Positions 48,472 to 56,618 of a DNA stretch of 64,000 bases are shown piece by piece. The notes beneath the pieces are model-generated. The model was not told the origin of the DNA. It saw only the letters and a program-made list of their open reading frames with translations, and ran no database searches. The stretch covers positions 1 to 64,000 of IMG/VR virus record IMGVR_UViG_3300042914_004291; one strand, 5' to 3'. Each line of letters opens with the position of its first letter. Position 1 is the stretch's first letter. The position numbers were made by a program, and so were the translations under genes. This DNA comes from a virus.

Positions 48472-49064
48472 CAGATGTAGAGCTTGAAATCGAGGCAAGA
48501 ATTGCCAAACGTCTCAAAGAGGCTGCGGAGTCATTGCTCGTAGCAGAGGAAAACCGCAAACACATCAATCGAGAGAGGGCAAAGATGCGCGAAGAAGCTT
48601 ACGAATTTGAGATGGAAAAACAAACTAAAATGACAATAGAACAGAACACAGAGTCAGAAGAAACCGAAGAACGGCTGTCTTATATCGTAGTTCGAGAATA
48701 CGAGGTATCATGTGGCTATGAGGGCTATGGTGAAATCAATGTACCTGAGAAAGACGTCTTGCAGCTAACCGCATTTGAAGCAGAAGCAATGACAGACTTC
48801 TTGCGAACGACTAATGGGTCTGCGCGGACGCTTGTCATGATTGTTCCGCCAAAGAAATTTGATCTTGCTAAGATCACTGCCGATTACACGGCCAAACTGA
48901 ACAGGATAGAAGAAGCAAGGCTGGCACGGGAGAAGAAATACACCGAAGCAGAGAAGAAGAAAGCTGAAGCAAAGAAACTCAAGCAGCTAGCAAGGATCAA
49001 GAAAGAACTTGCTGCGCTTGGAGTTGACAGCGAAAAATCCCTGTTCAGCCAATCACAGACTTGA
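48468..49064 (+). CDS. Hypothetical protein with basic coiled-coil tail
   Basis: Coupled to the upstream gene; similar architecture. Confidence 0.6.
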   Translation: MTDVELEIEARIAKRLKEAAESLLVAEENRKHINRERAKMREEAYEFEMEKQTKMTIEQNTESEETEERLSYIVVREYEVSCGYEGYGEINVPEKDVLQLTAFEAEAMTDFLRTTNGSARTLVMIVPPKKFDLAKITADYTAKLNRIEEARLAREKKYTEAEKKKAEAKKLKQLARIKKELAALGVDSEKSLFSQSQT

Positions 49065-50124
49065 GTTGGCCCAGGAGTCCTGAGAAACGTTTCTTCTGTT
49101 CCGGTGTCAATCTGCCCATGACTGACGTGACACTCTGCAACATTGTTTGAACTCTCTTGAACTGATCTGCTGTCAATTGACCAGCAGGAGCTTGCTGGGA
49201 AGTTTGTTGTGTTGCGGTAGAATTTGCTGTAGCTGTAGCTGCCTGATTGGCTTGAGCCACGCCATTGACGACTTGCTTTGACGCTGCCAGGAACTTTTCG
49301 ATGGCTGGTTTCCGGTCAATTTGCTCTTTCATGCTTTGCTGAAATACACGCTTGTATTCATTCAAAGATGCGAGCCGCGCCTGCTGCACTTCTTTGAACA
49401 ATGACCCGTGACACTCAGCGACCAAACCGGCCGCAGAAAGTGTCGGGTTACTGGCCTGGGTAACAGGTTCCGCGGGGGCCTGTGCCTGTTGTGCGTCGTC
49501 CGCATTGGTGTAAAGCGCCTTCTTCAAGGCTTCAACATACGAATTTGCCAGATCTTTTGGTGTCAGTCCTGGCGGCGCCGGAATGAAGTTAAACCCAAGC
49601 TGCGTCAGTCGCTTGAAAAACCCGCCAAGCTTGTTCATGTTGACAGCGCTCAATTCCCTGAAGATGATGTTCTGCATCATCTTGAAGACTTTCTCTTGCT
49701 GACTTGTGTCCTCGGAGTTCATCTCCTCCAGGTGCGAGTCCATAAGCGCCTCCAAATCCTCCTGTATCAATGCAAACTTGGTCACATATGCAGCCACCGA
49801 CCCAGCTTGCAACACCGCGCGCTGCACCTGTTTTGGATTGTTCGATGCAAACGCTACTTCTGTTTGTTTATTGAAGACATCAAGTTTTTTCGAGATATCA
49901 CCAAACATCGGGTTTTTGGCATAGGCTGCGCGGACCTGGGTAAGATATTTTCTGATTGTAGAGATCATGGCCCTGAGTTCGGCCAGTTGCTCCGGAGTGT
50001 TCTTGGTGTTGCCCCAGAATAGTTTGCCGAGGCCAGCAAGCAGCGCGCCACCGGCAGCTGCCATGGTGCCTAGGATTTCATCAACTCTCTCTGGTGGTTG
50101 TTTGTTGGTGATCTTTGTTGACAT
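49045..50124 (-). CDS. Helical putative virion protein
   Basis: ATACTTA and AGGAG upstream; ERVDE followed by a hydrophobic Gly/Ala segment. Confidence 0.65.
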   Translation of the reverse strand: MSTKITNKQPPERVDEILGTMAAAGGALLAGLGKLFWGNTKNTPEQLAELRAMISTIRKYLTQVRAAYAKNPMFGDISKKLDVFNKQTEVAFASNNPKQVQRAVLQAGSVAAYVTKFALIQEDLEALMDSHLEEMNSEDTSQQEKVFKMMQNIIFRELSAVNMNKLGGFFKRLTQLGFNFIPAPPGLTPKDLANSYVEALKKALYTNADDAQQAQAPAEPVTQASNPTLSAAGLVAECHGSLFKEVQQARLASLNEYKRVFQQSMKEQIDRKPAIEKFLAASKQVVNGVAQANQAATATANSTATQQTSQQAPAGQLTADQFKRVQTMLQSVTSVMGRLTPEQKKRFSGLLGQLKSVIG

Positions 50125-50159
50125 GTGTTTTCTCCTGTGTAAGTATGATGCTCAGGAAC

Positions 50160-50789
50160 ATGCTTGAAATTCATACCAACTCAACACTCTTATCAAAACC
50201 ATCTTTTGACGATGAAGAGATCACAGTCTCAGCATCGACACCAAAGATTCTTGTCGTGAACTCATTCGATGAGGATGCCGCAAAATCTTTTCTCCAGGGT
50301 TTCATCAATGCCATCAACACGGGACAGAGCATCCTTCCAGTGGTTGTTGACAGTTATGGCGGCGAAATCTATTCGCTCCTCAAGATGATCGACGTCATCA
50401 ATGACTCAAAGATCCCTGTTGCAACTGTTGCCATGGGCAAAGCGATGTCATGTGGTGCGATCCTCCTTGCTTGCGGCACCAAAGGTCACAGATATGCTTC
50501 GAAGAACAGCACGATCATGCTGCATGATGCTAGCGGTGGAGACTTGGGTAAAACATCCGATGTGAACGTCTCAGCAGCAGAACTCAAGAGACTGAACAAC
50601 AAGATCTGGGGTTTCCTAGATGAAAGATCTGGGAAGGAAGAAGGCTTCTTCAAGAAGCTCGTGCACGACAATGATCACGCAGACCTGTTTCTCACCCCAG
50701 AACAAGCACTGGAGTATGGACTGATTGATTTCATCGGCGTTCCAAAGACAAAGATCACCTTCGATGCCAAGATGGAGTTCACACTATGA
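50160..50789 (+). CDS. clpP: ClpP-like serine protease
   Basis: DSYGG, GKAMSCG (Ser), RY...NSTIMLHD (His), D.FLTPEQALEYGLID. Confidence 0.9.
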   Translation: MLEIHTNSTLLSKPSFDDEEITVSASTPKILVVNSFDEDAAKSFLQGFINAINTGQSILPVVVDSYGGEIYSLLKMIDVINDSKIPVATVAMGKAMSCGAILLACGTKGHRYASKNSTIMLHDASGGDLGKTSDVNVSAAELKRLNNKIWGFLDERSGKEEGFFKKLVHDNDHADLFLTPEQALEYGLIDFIGVPKTKITFDAKMEFTL

Positions 50790-52087
50790 GTGAAACAAAA
50801 TACAAACCAAAATTATATGCACTGTTTGCTTCGCAGCAAGATAAATTTGGGCTGTCATATCGCAAGGATGGCGAGGTAGTTCACACTTTGCCATGGGTAA
50901 TGCCACACAAAGAAGATATGCGTGTTTTCAAACACTTGACAAAAGGTAATGTGGTTGTCATGGGCCGAAACACTTTCAACTCTACTGGTAACAAAGGCTT
51001 TCGGGACAGAACAAATGTGGTTGTAACTTCTGACACGGCAAGACTCACAAGGAATGCTGAAGTCGAGTGTGGCAATGATTTGTTCTTTGTAAAGAATATA
51101 GACGAAGCAGTTGAGCTAGCTTTGCGACATGCCACAGCAAAAAAACAAGATGTTTTCTTCATTGGTGGGAAAACCTTGTTAGTCGATCTATTTTCTGATC
51201 ACTTGGATTTGTTGGATGGAGTTTACTATGCCGGAATCCATGCTGGATATCCACCTGCTATAGCACCTTGGGATGCAACGGAAGTAAATTACACACTGTT
51301 TCCAACTCCTACAGACATATACAAGAATCCTGGCGTGATGACACTTGACGCGTCTTTGCATGGCGACAATGTTACATATCTCAAATATGTCAAGACAGCT
51401 TCGCCTGAAGAGTTGCGGGCGTTTCAACGACTTGATATGGCGGAAAACCTCGCGTTCTACAAAGATAGTTTCTACACACCAAGTCCATCGAACGAAGAAA
51501 TCATGGCACATGAGAGCCCGATACCAACAGTTGCTGATGAGAAAATAATTGAAGCGATCTCTGCAAGCCTCAATCCTCTCGTGGTTGAAACAGCAATCAA
51601 CCCAACATCCAAACGCGACCGCGGCATGTCCGGGATTGATCCTTTTGACGTCACCACCGCTTGGAGAGAGTCTGTTGATGAGATGGATAAATATCTCAAT
51701 TCATTCAGCAAAGTTCTGCCGCAAGAAAAACCGACTGAATCAGCTTTGTCAGAAGAAAAAGATCCAGCTTTACCAACAGATTTTGTTGGTGTTGCAACTG
51801 AGATTGGTGAGCTCCTGGTGATCAAGGATGCAGCCTATGGCTCTGCCTTTGAGAAGACAAAGGAGATCCTCAAGATCCTGTTTCCAAACGGACTCCCAGT
51901 GGAAGCATTCGATGACGGCTTGACCATTCAGAGGATTCTTGACAAGATCTGTCGCCTGACCGTTCTCTGCACCAACCCAGATGAGAACAAGACAGATGAG
52001 AGAACAGAAGACGCCTGGAAAGACATCGCAGGATATGCAATCAAAGCACTGTGCGAGCAACGAAGAAAGAAGACACAAACATCATGA
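50786..52087 (+). CDS. Dihydrofolate reductase fused to a C-terminal DUF1599/MazG-like helical domain
   Basis: LPW..EDM..FK.LT.G..VVMGRNT, R.NVV.T, FFIGG; C-terminus LL..KD.AYG.AF...RI.DK..R...EDAWKDIAGYA. Confidence 0.8.
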   Translation: MSETKYKPKLYALFASQQDKFGLSYRKDGEVVHTLPWVMPHKEDMRVFKHLTKGNVVVMGRNTFNSTGNKGFRDRTNVVVTSDTARLTRNAEVECGNDLFFVKNIDEAVELALRHATAKKQDVFFIGGKTLLVDLFSDHLDLLDGVYYAGIHAGYPPAIAPWDATEVNYTLFPTPTDIYKNPGVMTLDASLHGDNVTYLKYVKTASPEELRAFQRLDMAENLAFYKDSFYTPSPSNEEIMAHESPIPTVADEKIIEAISASLNPLVVETAINPTSKRDRGMSGIDPFDVTTAWRESVDEMDKYLNSFSKVLPQEKPTESALSEEKDPALPTDFVGVATEIGELLVIKDAAYGSAFEKTKEILKILFPNGLPVEAFDDGLTIQRILDKICRLTVLCTNPDENKTDERTEDAWKDIAGYAIKALCEQRRKKTQTS

Positions 52088-52329
52088 ACGTAACCGATCA
52101 GAAAGTCCTAGGAACTCTTGGTGGCTGGACCATCATGGGAAGGATTGTCCACTACTCTCTGTTTGATGGTAAGATGCATCGACCAGAACTAACACTGATC
52201 CCACCACCTCAAGGCCCAGTCAACTCAGATGTCTGGTTCTCAGCAGAAGATCTAGCAAAGTTCAGTGAAGCGCTGAATGCCTACGCTGCTTCTGTTGGGT
52301 ATTTGCCGCAACCTATACAAAAACGCTAA
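52084..52329 (+). CDS. Hypothetical protein
   Basis: ATGA-coupled start at 52084. Confidence 0.5.
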   Translation: MNVTDQKVLGTLGGWTIMGRIVHYSLFDGKMHRPELTLIPPPQGPVNSDVWFSAEDLAKFSEALNAYAASVGYLPQPIQKR

Positions 52330-52358
52330 TCCCCAACAAACATAGTCACACAAAGACT

Positions 52359-52676
52359 ATGTCCATCCAAGATTATCAAGCAACCAACAGCGAGCCAAGC
52401 TCACTCTCACAGTTTCCCGCCGCAGCACCTCTCCGTCTCTCCGATGAACTGATTGGACAGATTGCCAAACTAGTTCAACTGGCAATGCTCACTGGCACCT
52501 CAGTGGTCGATCAGATCAGAGGCATGCAGGTAGAGGCTGATGCATCAACTGGGGAAGTGACTTTACACAAAGATTACGTGGAAGGCTTCAACGGTTATCT
52601 CCAGGCGCTCCTCGAACAAGCCGAAGCTCTTGCTGAAGAATTTGCAACAAACAAGGACAGCCAAGAGGGCGTATGA
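52359..52676 (+). CDS. Hypothetical protein
   Basis: 105 aa, LSDELIGQIAKLVQLAMLTGT. Confidence 0.6.
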   Translation: MSIQDYQATNSEPSSLSQFPAAAPLRLSDELIGQIAKLVQLAMLTGTSVVDQIRGMQVEADASTGEVTLHKDYVEGFNGYLQALLEQAEALAEEFATNKDSQEGV

Positions 52677-52888
52677 TTGTTAGACTTGAAAACGCTGACG
52701 ATGTCGCAAGTGCTCTAGAAGATGCGCAAAACAGATCTCTAGAGATCCCTGATACAATCACCGAAGATGATGTTGAAATGATTTTGCAAAAGATCAATCC
52801 AACAAACATAAAAAATGCCGTGAAGCGCCGAGATCACCTTGCGTTTGACGCTGTACTGATCGACCCGAAAGCCTCTACCCAGATCTGA
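52673..52888 (+). CDS. Hypothetical protein
   Basis: ATGA-coupled. Confidence 0.5.
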   Translation: MIVRLENADDVASALEDAQNRSLEIPDTITEDDVEMILQKINPTNIKNAVKRRDHLAFDAVLIDPKASTQI

Positions 52889-52961
52889 ATTCATTACCAA
52901 TCATAGAACCTCCCTATAATCGATTCTGAGCTCTTGGATAGTTAAGTCATCGAAGAGCACC

Positions 52962-53381
52962 ATGTCCTCAAAACAAGCCACTAGAAATAATCCTAGCAAC
53001 GTTCTAGAAGAGCACACAGCCGTTGACACCATCTTGGATCAATACATTCAAGAGCTCTGTGAGGGTTCGGGTGCGATTAATGCTGGGAAAGCTTTCATGA
53101 AGGCAGCGAACCCATGGATCAGGTCTAGAGCCACCAACAGGGCTAGGTTTGCGATTAATGCTGCAAACTCTGGGAAGAAGCCCAGCGATCCAGGTCTTCA
53201 AGCTGACCTTGATAATAGAATGCGGCAAACCCCACAGATGAATCCTTTGACGAATCCAGACAGCTATGGGGTTCTTGCCGCTGTTTCTGCTTCTGTGCAG
53301 AATGACCCTGACATGTCTGCCAAGGTCAAGAGGTTCTATAGAGCAATGGTTGACAACTGGGTCAAGTCAAAGCTGAAGTAA
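52962..53381 (+). CDS. Hypothetical protein (late-motif preceded)
   Basis: ATAGTTA at 52938-52944; ILDQYIQELCE leader-like segment. Confidence 0.6.
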   Translation: MSSKQATRNNPSNVLEEHTAVDTILDQYIQELCEGSGAINAGKAFMKAANPWIRSRATNRARFAINAANSGKKPSDPGLQADLDNRMRQTPQMNPLTNPDSYGVLAAVSASVQNDPDMSAKVKRFYRAMVDNWVKSKLK

Positions 53382-53397
53382 AGTTGCAACTCAAATC

Positions 53398-54558
53398 TCA
53401 GGTTGCAACTGAGATCTCAAGTCCAAACTGCGCTGCATATGCACTGAAGGTGTTGATTGCATCATTCTTCTGCATCTTCACGACCCACTCCAGATTCACC
53501 GAGTCATATGTCCGCTGCTTGGGGCCGATCTCTGCCTTGATCTTGTAAATGATCCCTGGGCATGAAGGATTCTTCCAGTTGAAGTTCTTGATCGTGACTC
53601 CAACCTTCTCTCCATCAATCTCACGAAGAACAACGTACGGTGCACCGCTCTGACCAGAGGCTGGGATGCTATGAGCAGAGTTGTTTGGAGCAACGGGCTT
53701 CGCAACAGGAACGTAGAGAGGATTCGCCGCGATCCATTCCTTGATCTGAACAGTGAGCTCGGAGACGTTGGTTTCCTCAAGCATCGGCCAATACTCCAAT
53801 GCCACATCAATCATCTTCAGCCCATCATGCCCAGTGACACGACACATGAACTGAGGATATGTTGCAACCTTGACCTTCGGACAGACTTCTTTGATCGCTG
53901 CAATCCCTGGCTTGTTCCTAGAACCGGTAAGTTCTAGAATTCCGGAGTGCATGCTGAACTTCAGCGCAGAAGGTCCAGTTGAACCATTCCCGGACATCAC
54001 ACCAGCAACACCAACATAGCCAAGTTCCTTGACCAGCCGGATCAGTGCGATCTTGAACTCGCGATCAAGATGACGAAAAGATAGGATGGTATCTACGGCC
54101 TGGATGATCAACCGGTTGTCCGATCCAACCGCATAGCCCTCGATGCCCGTCTTGTCGTACCCATCCACCGCAGCAGCATAACCTGCATTCTCGATCACAA
54201 GATCCGAAACGGCCTTCGCAGTTGCTTCGATCAACTCCGCGGTCTGCTTCCCGGGAACTCCGGAACTCATGAGCGGAATGCGAAATGCTGTGATGATTGC
54301 CATGGGATAGTTTGCCGAGATCTTTGCGCTTGCCGCGAGCTTCGTGGTCAGCGCATTGCAAACAGGACCGACTCCGAGTTGCCGCGAAGCAGGATCCGTC
54401 AATGGCCTGCCGCAACGGGAACAATGCCGCCCGTCCATGCTCGACTGCGCAAAACCACCAAGAGCCGCAACAGCTTGGTGAAGGGCCTGTAGAGCCATCG
54501 AGCTGTTCTGCCGAGTGAGAGATTGGCCGCGATTCTTCGAAGCAGTGGAGGTTGACAT
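53398..54558 (-). CDS. DUF6011-type zinc-finger protein with a HARP-like C-terminus
   Basis: CSRCGRPLTDPASRQLGVGPVC; C-terminal RTYD....W; probable start MSTST at 54558, downstream of a promoter. Confidence 0.7.
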   Translation of the reverse strand: MSTSTASKNRGQSLTRQNSSMALQALHQAVAALGGFAQSSMDGRHCSRCGRPLTDPASRQLGVGPVCNALTTKLAASAKISANYPMAIITAFRIPLMSSGVPGKQTAELIEATAKAVSDLVIENAGYAAAVDGYDKTGIEGYAVGSDNRLIIQAVDTILSFRHLDREFKIALIRLVKELGYVGVAGVMSGNGSTGPSALKFSMHSGILELTGSRNKPGIAAIKEVCPKVKVATYPQFMCRVTGHDGLKMIDVALEYWPMLEETNVSELTVQIKEWIAANPLYVPVAKPVAPNNSAHSIPASGQSGAPYVVLREIDGEKVGVTIKNFNWKNPSCPGIIYKIKAEIGPKQRTYDSVNLEWVVKMQKNDAINTFSAYAAQFGLEISVAT

Positions 54559-56329
54559 GATTTTTACTCTGCCTTTCATTTGTGCCGGGTAGGTAGTCGT
54601 TGGTGACAGACTGAACCCTAACACCGACCGAAGATCTTGTCAAGTCGATCCGGGAACCATGACTGCTGGGTGGAATTGGTTCCCGCGCATGCTGATCGAT
54701 CGCCAAACTGCCCTGAAGGGCTGGCGCTGTGGCCGGATCATTGTCCGGACAAATGCCATCAGATCCCCCATGCCCCCTAGTATTCCTACACTTAATACCT
54801 TCACTTAAGTCCTTACTAGTAAAGCTTTCTAGTGTATGCTCTTCTTGTATTCTATCTTCCTTCTGATAGTCAGGGGAAGAGAGAGGAGGAGTGGAGAACG
54901 GAGAGGTAGCAACGTTGCTTAAGCTGTGGTGTGTCTTGGCTTTTCTATCAAGATACTCTTGGTATTTGTCTTCCACCACAAGCCACTCATGTCTCCTAAC
55001 ACCGGCTCGACGTTTATCAATCATCTTGATGTGGCTGTAGTTCTGGTGGAGTATCATTCCAATCTGCATGATATTCAACCTTGCATATTGAAATTCATTA
55101 AATCCTAGGTTGGTGTAATATGCCTGTCGTAGCTCTATTAGCTCTTTCGCAACAAAACCTCTGCCATTGACTCTGAGATTCTCGAAGATGGCTTCTGGAA
55201 GAACTGTTGAGAAGAATTCCTTGTCCAGTTTCTCATTGTCTTTCTGGAAATCAAAGATCCTGTTGCCGTATTGTTCTGGGATGTGGTTGTTCTTGAGGCA
55301 CCATTCAAAGAACACACGGAGCATCTCGTCATATGTTTTCATGGATGGTTTGAATTTCATAACAGATGAGATCAGCGTTTTGAGTTCATGCTCAGAGAAA
55401 GTTTCTGGCGCCTCAAAACGCATTGCAATCATTTCTCTGGCCAACTCGTATAAATTGCCTTTGAGCGCTCCTCTGGCTCTCTGCTGGCAAAGGTATGTGT
55501 AGAGCGTCTGGTTTCTCATTCCACAAGGAATGACCGTGGTTTTTTCATCGATCAACTTACGCACGCCGTCTTTGCTGGCTAACCGTTTCTCGATCTCTTC
55601 CGGTGTGTTTTTCTTGGACGTCTTAGGTGCAGGCACATTACCATCTGCTGAGGTATCAGCAGGTTTGCTAGATTTTTTTCTATTGGCCGGTAACAACATG
55701 GAGTCTAACTCTGCACGTACGAACTCAGGAAGCTCCCTGATAATCATGCTAGAGCCAAAGCGGCCATAATTCCCTTTTGCATTCCTGGATGGTGGAATGA
55801 TCGCATACCCTCCAAGGCCGCGGACATCAACACCTCTTGCAAGAGTTGAAACCGAATTCTTCAATGGTTTGTCGCTAAGGTAAAGGTAGTGTTTCCCGCC
55901 AGAACCTGTGAAATAATTCACTGTTTGTTCTGTACACGAATCGAGCTTCTGAATCATGTCGTCATTGTGATCGATATCGATGATGACGAGGTATTTGCCA
56001 GGATTTAGTTTGCTTTCAAAGCCACATGCCAGCCCAATGTTTGACCTGATGTGATGGGTGTTTGTGCCAAACGCCACATTCTCTTCAAGTTTTTCAACTG
56101 AAAGTTTCAACAGAGACATGACGTTGTCTTGACCAAACGACAGTTTCTTTTGCCAACCACCAGCATATGGATGTTTGCCGGGTATATCGCACGCAACATT
56201 CCTGCATGTGCACTTGCCAGTTCGCGGGTTGACTCCATGGAGATTGACAAAACCAAACCCATGTTTGGTCAAGAGCTCAAGCAATTCTAGTGATTTTCTG
56301 AACTCCGGATTTTCTAGGTTGAACAGCAT
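54065..56329 (-). CDS. Bifunctional primase-polymerase (Prim-Pol) with PriCT-like domain
   Basis: CTC...C..PGKHP, NIGLACG, IDID, TGSGGKHY, GVDVRGLGGY.I.PPS, G.RN.TL; the last ~250 codons look non-native. Confidence 0.8.
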   Translation of the reverse strand: MLFNLENPEFRKSLELLELLTKHGFGFVNLHGVNPRTGKCTCRNVACDIPGKHPYAGGWQKKLSFGQDNVMSLLKLSVEKLEENVAFGTNTHHIRSNIGLACGFESKLNPGKYLVIIDIDHNDDMIQKLDSCTEQTVNYFTGSGGKHYLYLSDKPLKNSVSTLARGVDVRGLGGYAIIPPSRNAKGNYGRFGSSMIIRELPEFVRAELDSMLLPANRKKSSKPADTSADGNVPAPKTSKKNTPEEIEKRLASKDGVRKLIDEKTTVIPCGMRNQTLYTYLCQQRARGALKGNLYELAREMIAMRFEAPETFSEHELKTLISSVMKFKPSMKTYDEMLRVFFEWCLKNNHIPEQYGNRIFDFQKDNEKLDKEFFSTVLPEAIFENLRVNGRGFVAKELIELRQAYYTNLGFNEFQYARLNIMQIGMILHQNYSHIKMIDKRRAGVRRHEWLVVEDKYQEYLDRKAKTHHSLSNVATSPFSTPPLSSPDYQKEDRIQEEHTLESFTSKDLSEGIKCRNTRGHGGSDGICPDNDPATAPALQGSLAIDQHAREPIPPSSHGSRIDLTRSSVGVRVQSVTNDYLPGTNERQSKNHVNLHCFEESRPISHSAEQLDGSTGPSPSCCGSWWFCAVEHGRAALFPLRQAIDGSCFAATRSRSCLQCADHEARGKRKDLGKLSHGNHHSISHSAHEFRSSREADRGVDRSNCEGRFGSCDRECRLCCCGGWVRQDGHRGLCGWIGQPVDHPGRRYHPIFSSS
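54615..54643 (-). promoter_or_regulatory. sigma70-type promoter inside the Prim-Pol ORF tail
   Basis: TTGACA-N17-TAGGGT with TG extension. Confidence 0.7.
54794..54899. repeat. Copy 2 of a ~100-bp dispersed element (see 14755-14848)
   Basis: Same colinear blocks, same orientation and same reading frame (FS.P..S...TSK.L.EGI). Confidence 0.7.
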
Positions 56330-56350
56330 GAGTTATTATACGCTTGGTGT

Positions 56351-56380
56351 ATGATAGCTTATACGGACGGTGTTTGTCAA
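56351..56380 (-). promoter_or_regulatory. sigma70-type promoter for Prim-Pol
   Basis: TTGACA-N18-TATCAT; an additional TATAAT at 56335-56340. Confidence 0.55.
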
Positions 56381-56399
56381 TGTCCGTCTCGGTTTGTGT

Positions 56400-56609
56400 T
56401 TAGGTGTATATAATACCAGTCACTACAGCTCCGACTGGAACAGCCAATGGATTCGTTGTTTCGCCTTCTACTCCTGTAGCTAAAACCCTGTATTGATATG
56501 TCGTGATTGATGGCGAGGGTTCTGCTACCAAGCCGCCGCGATTGCTGCCACATCTCCCGGCAAACACAGTAGGCCCTTGCGTAATTAGAAGTCCGTTAAA
56601 AACAGCCAT
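56400..56609 (-). CDS. Small tail-fibre-associated hypothetical protein
   Basis: 69 aa at the end of a structural operon. Confidence 0.5.
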   Translation of the reverse strand: MAVFNGLLITQGPTVFAGRCGSNRGGLVAEPSPSITTYQYRVLATGVEGETTNPLAVPVGAVVTGIIYT

Positions 56610-56618
56610 TATCTTCTT

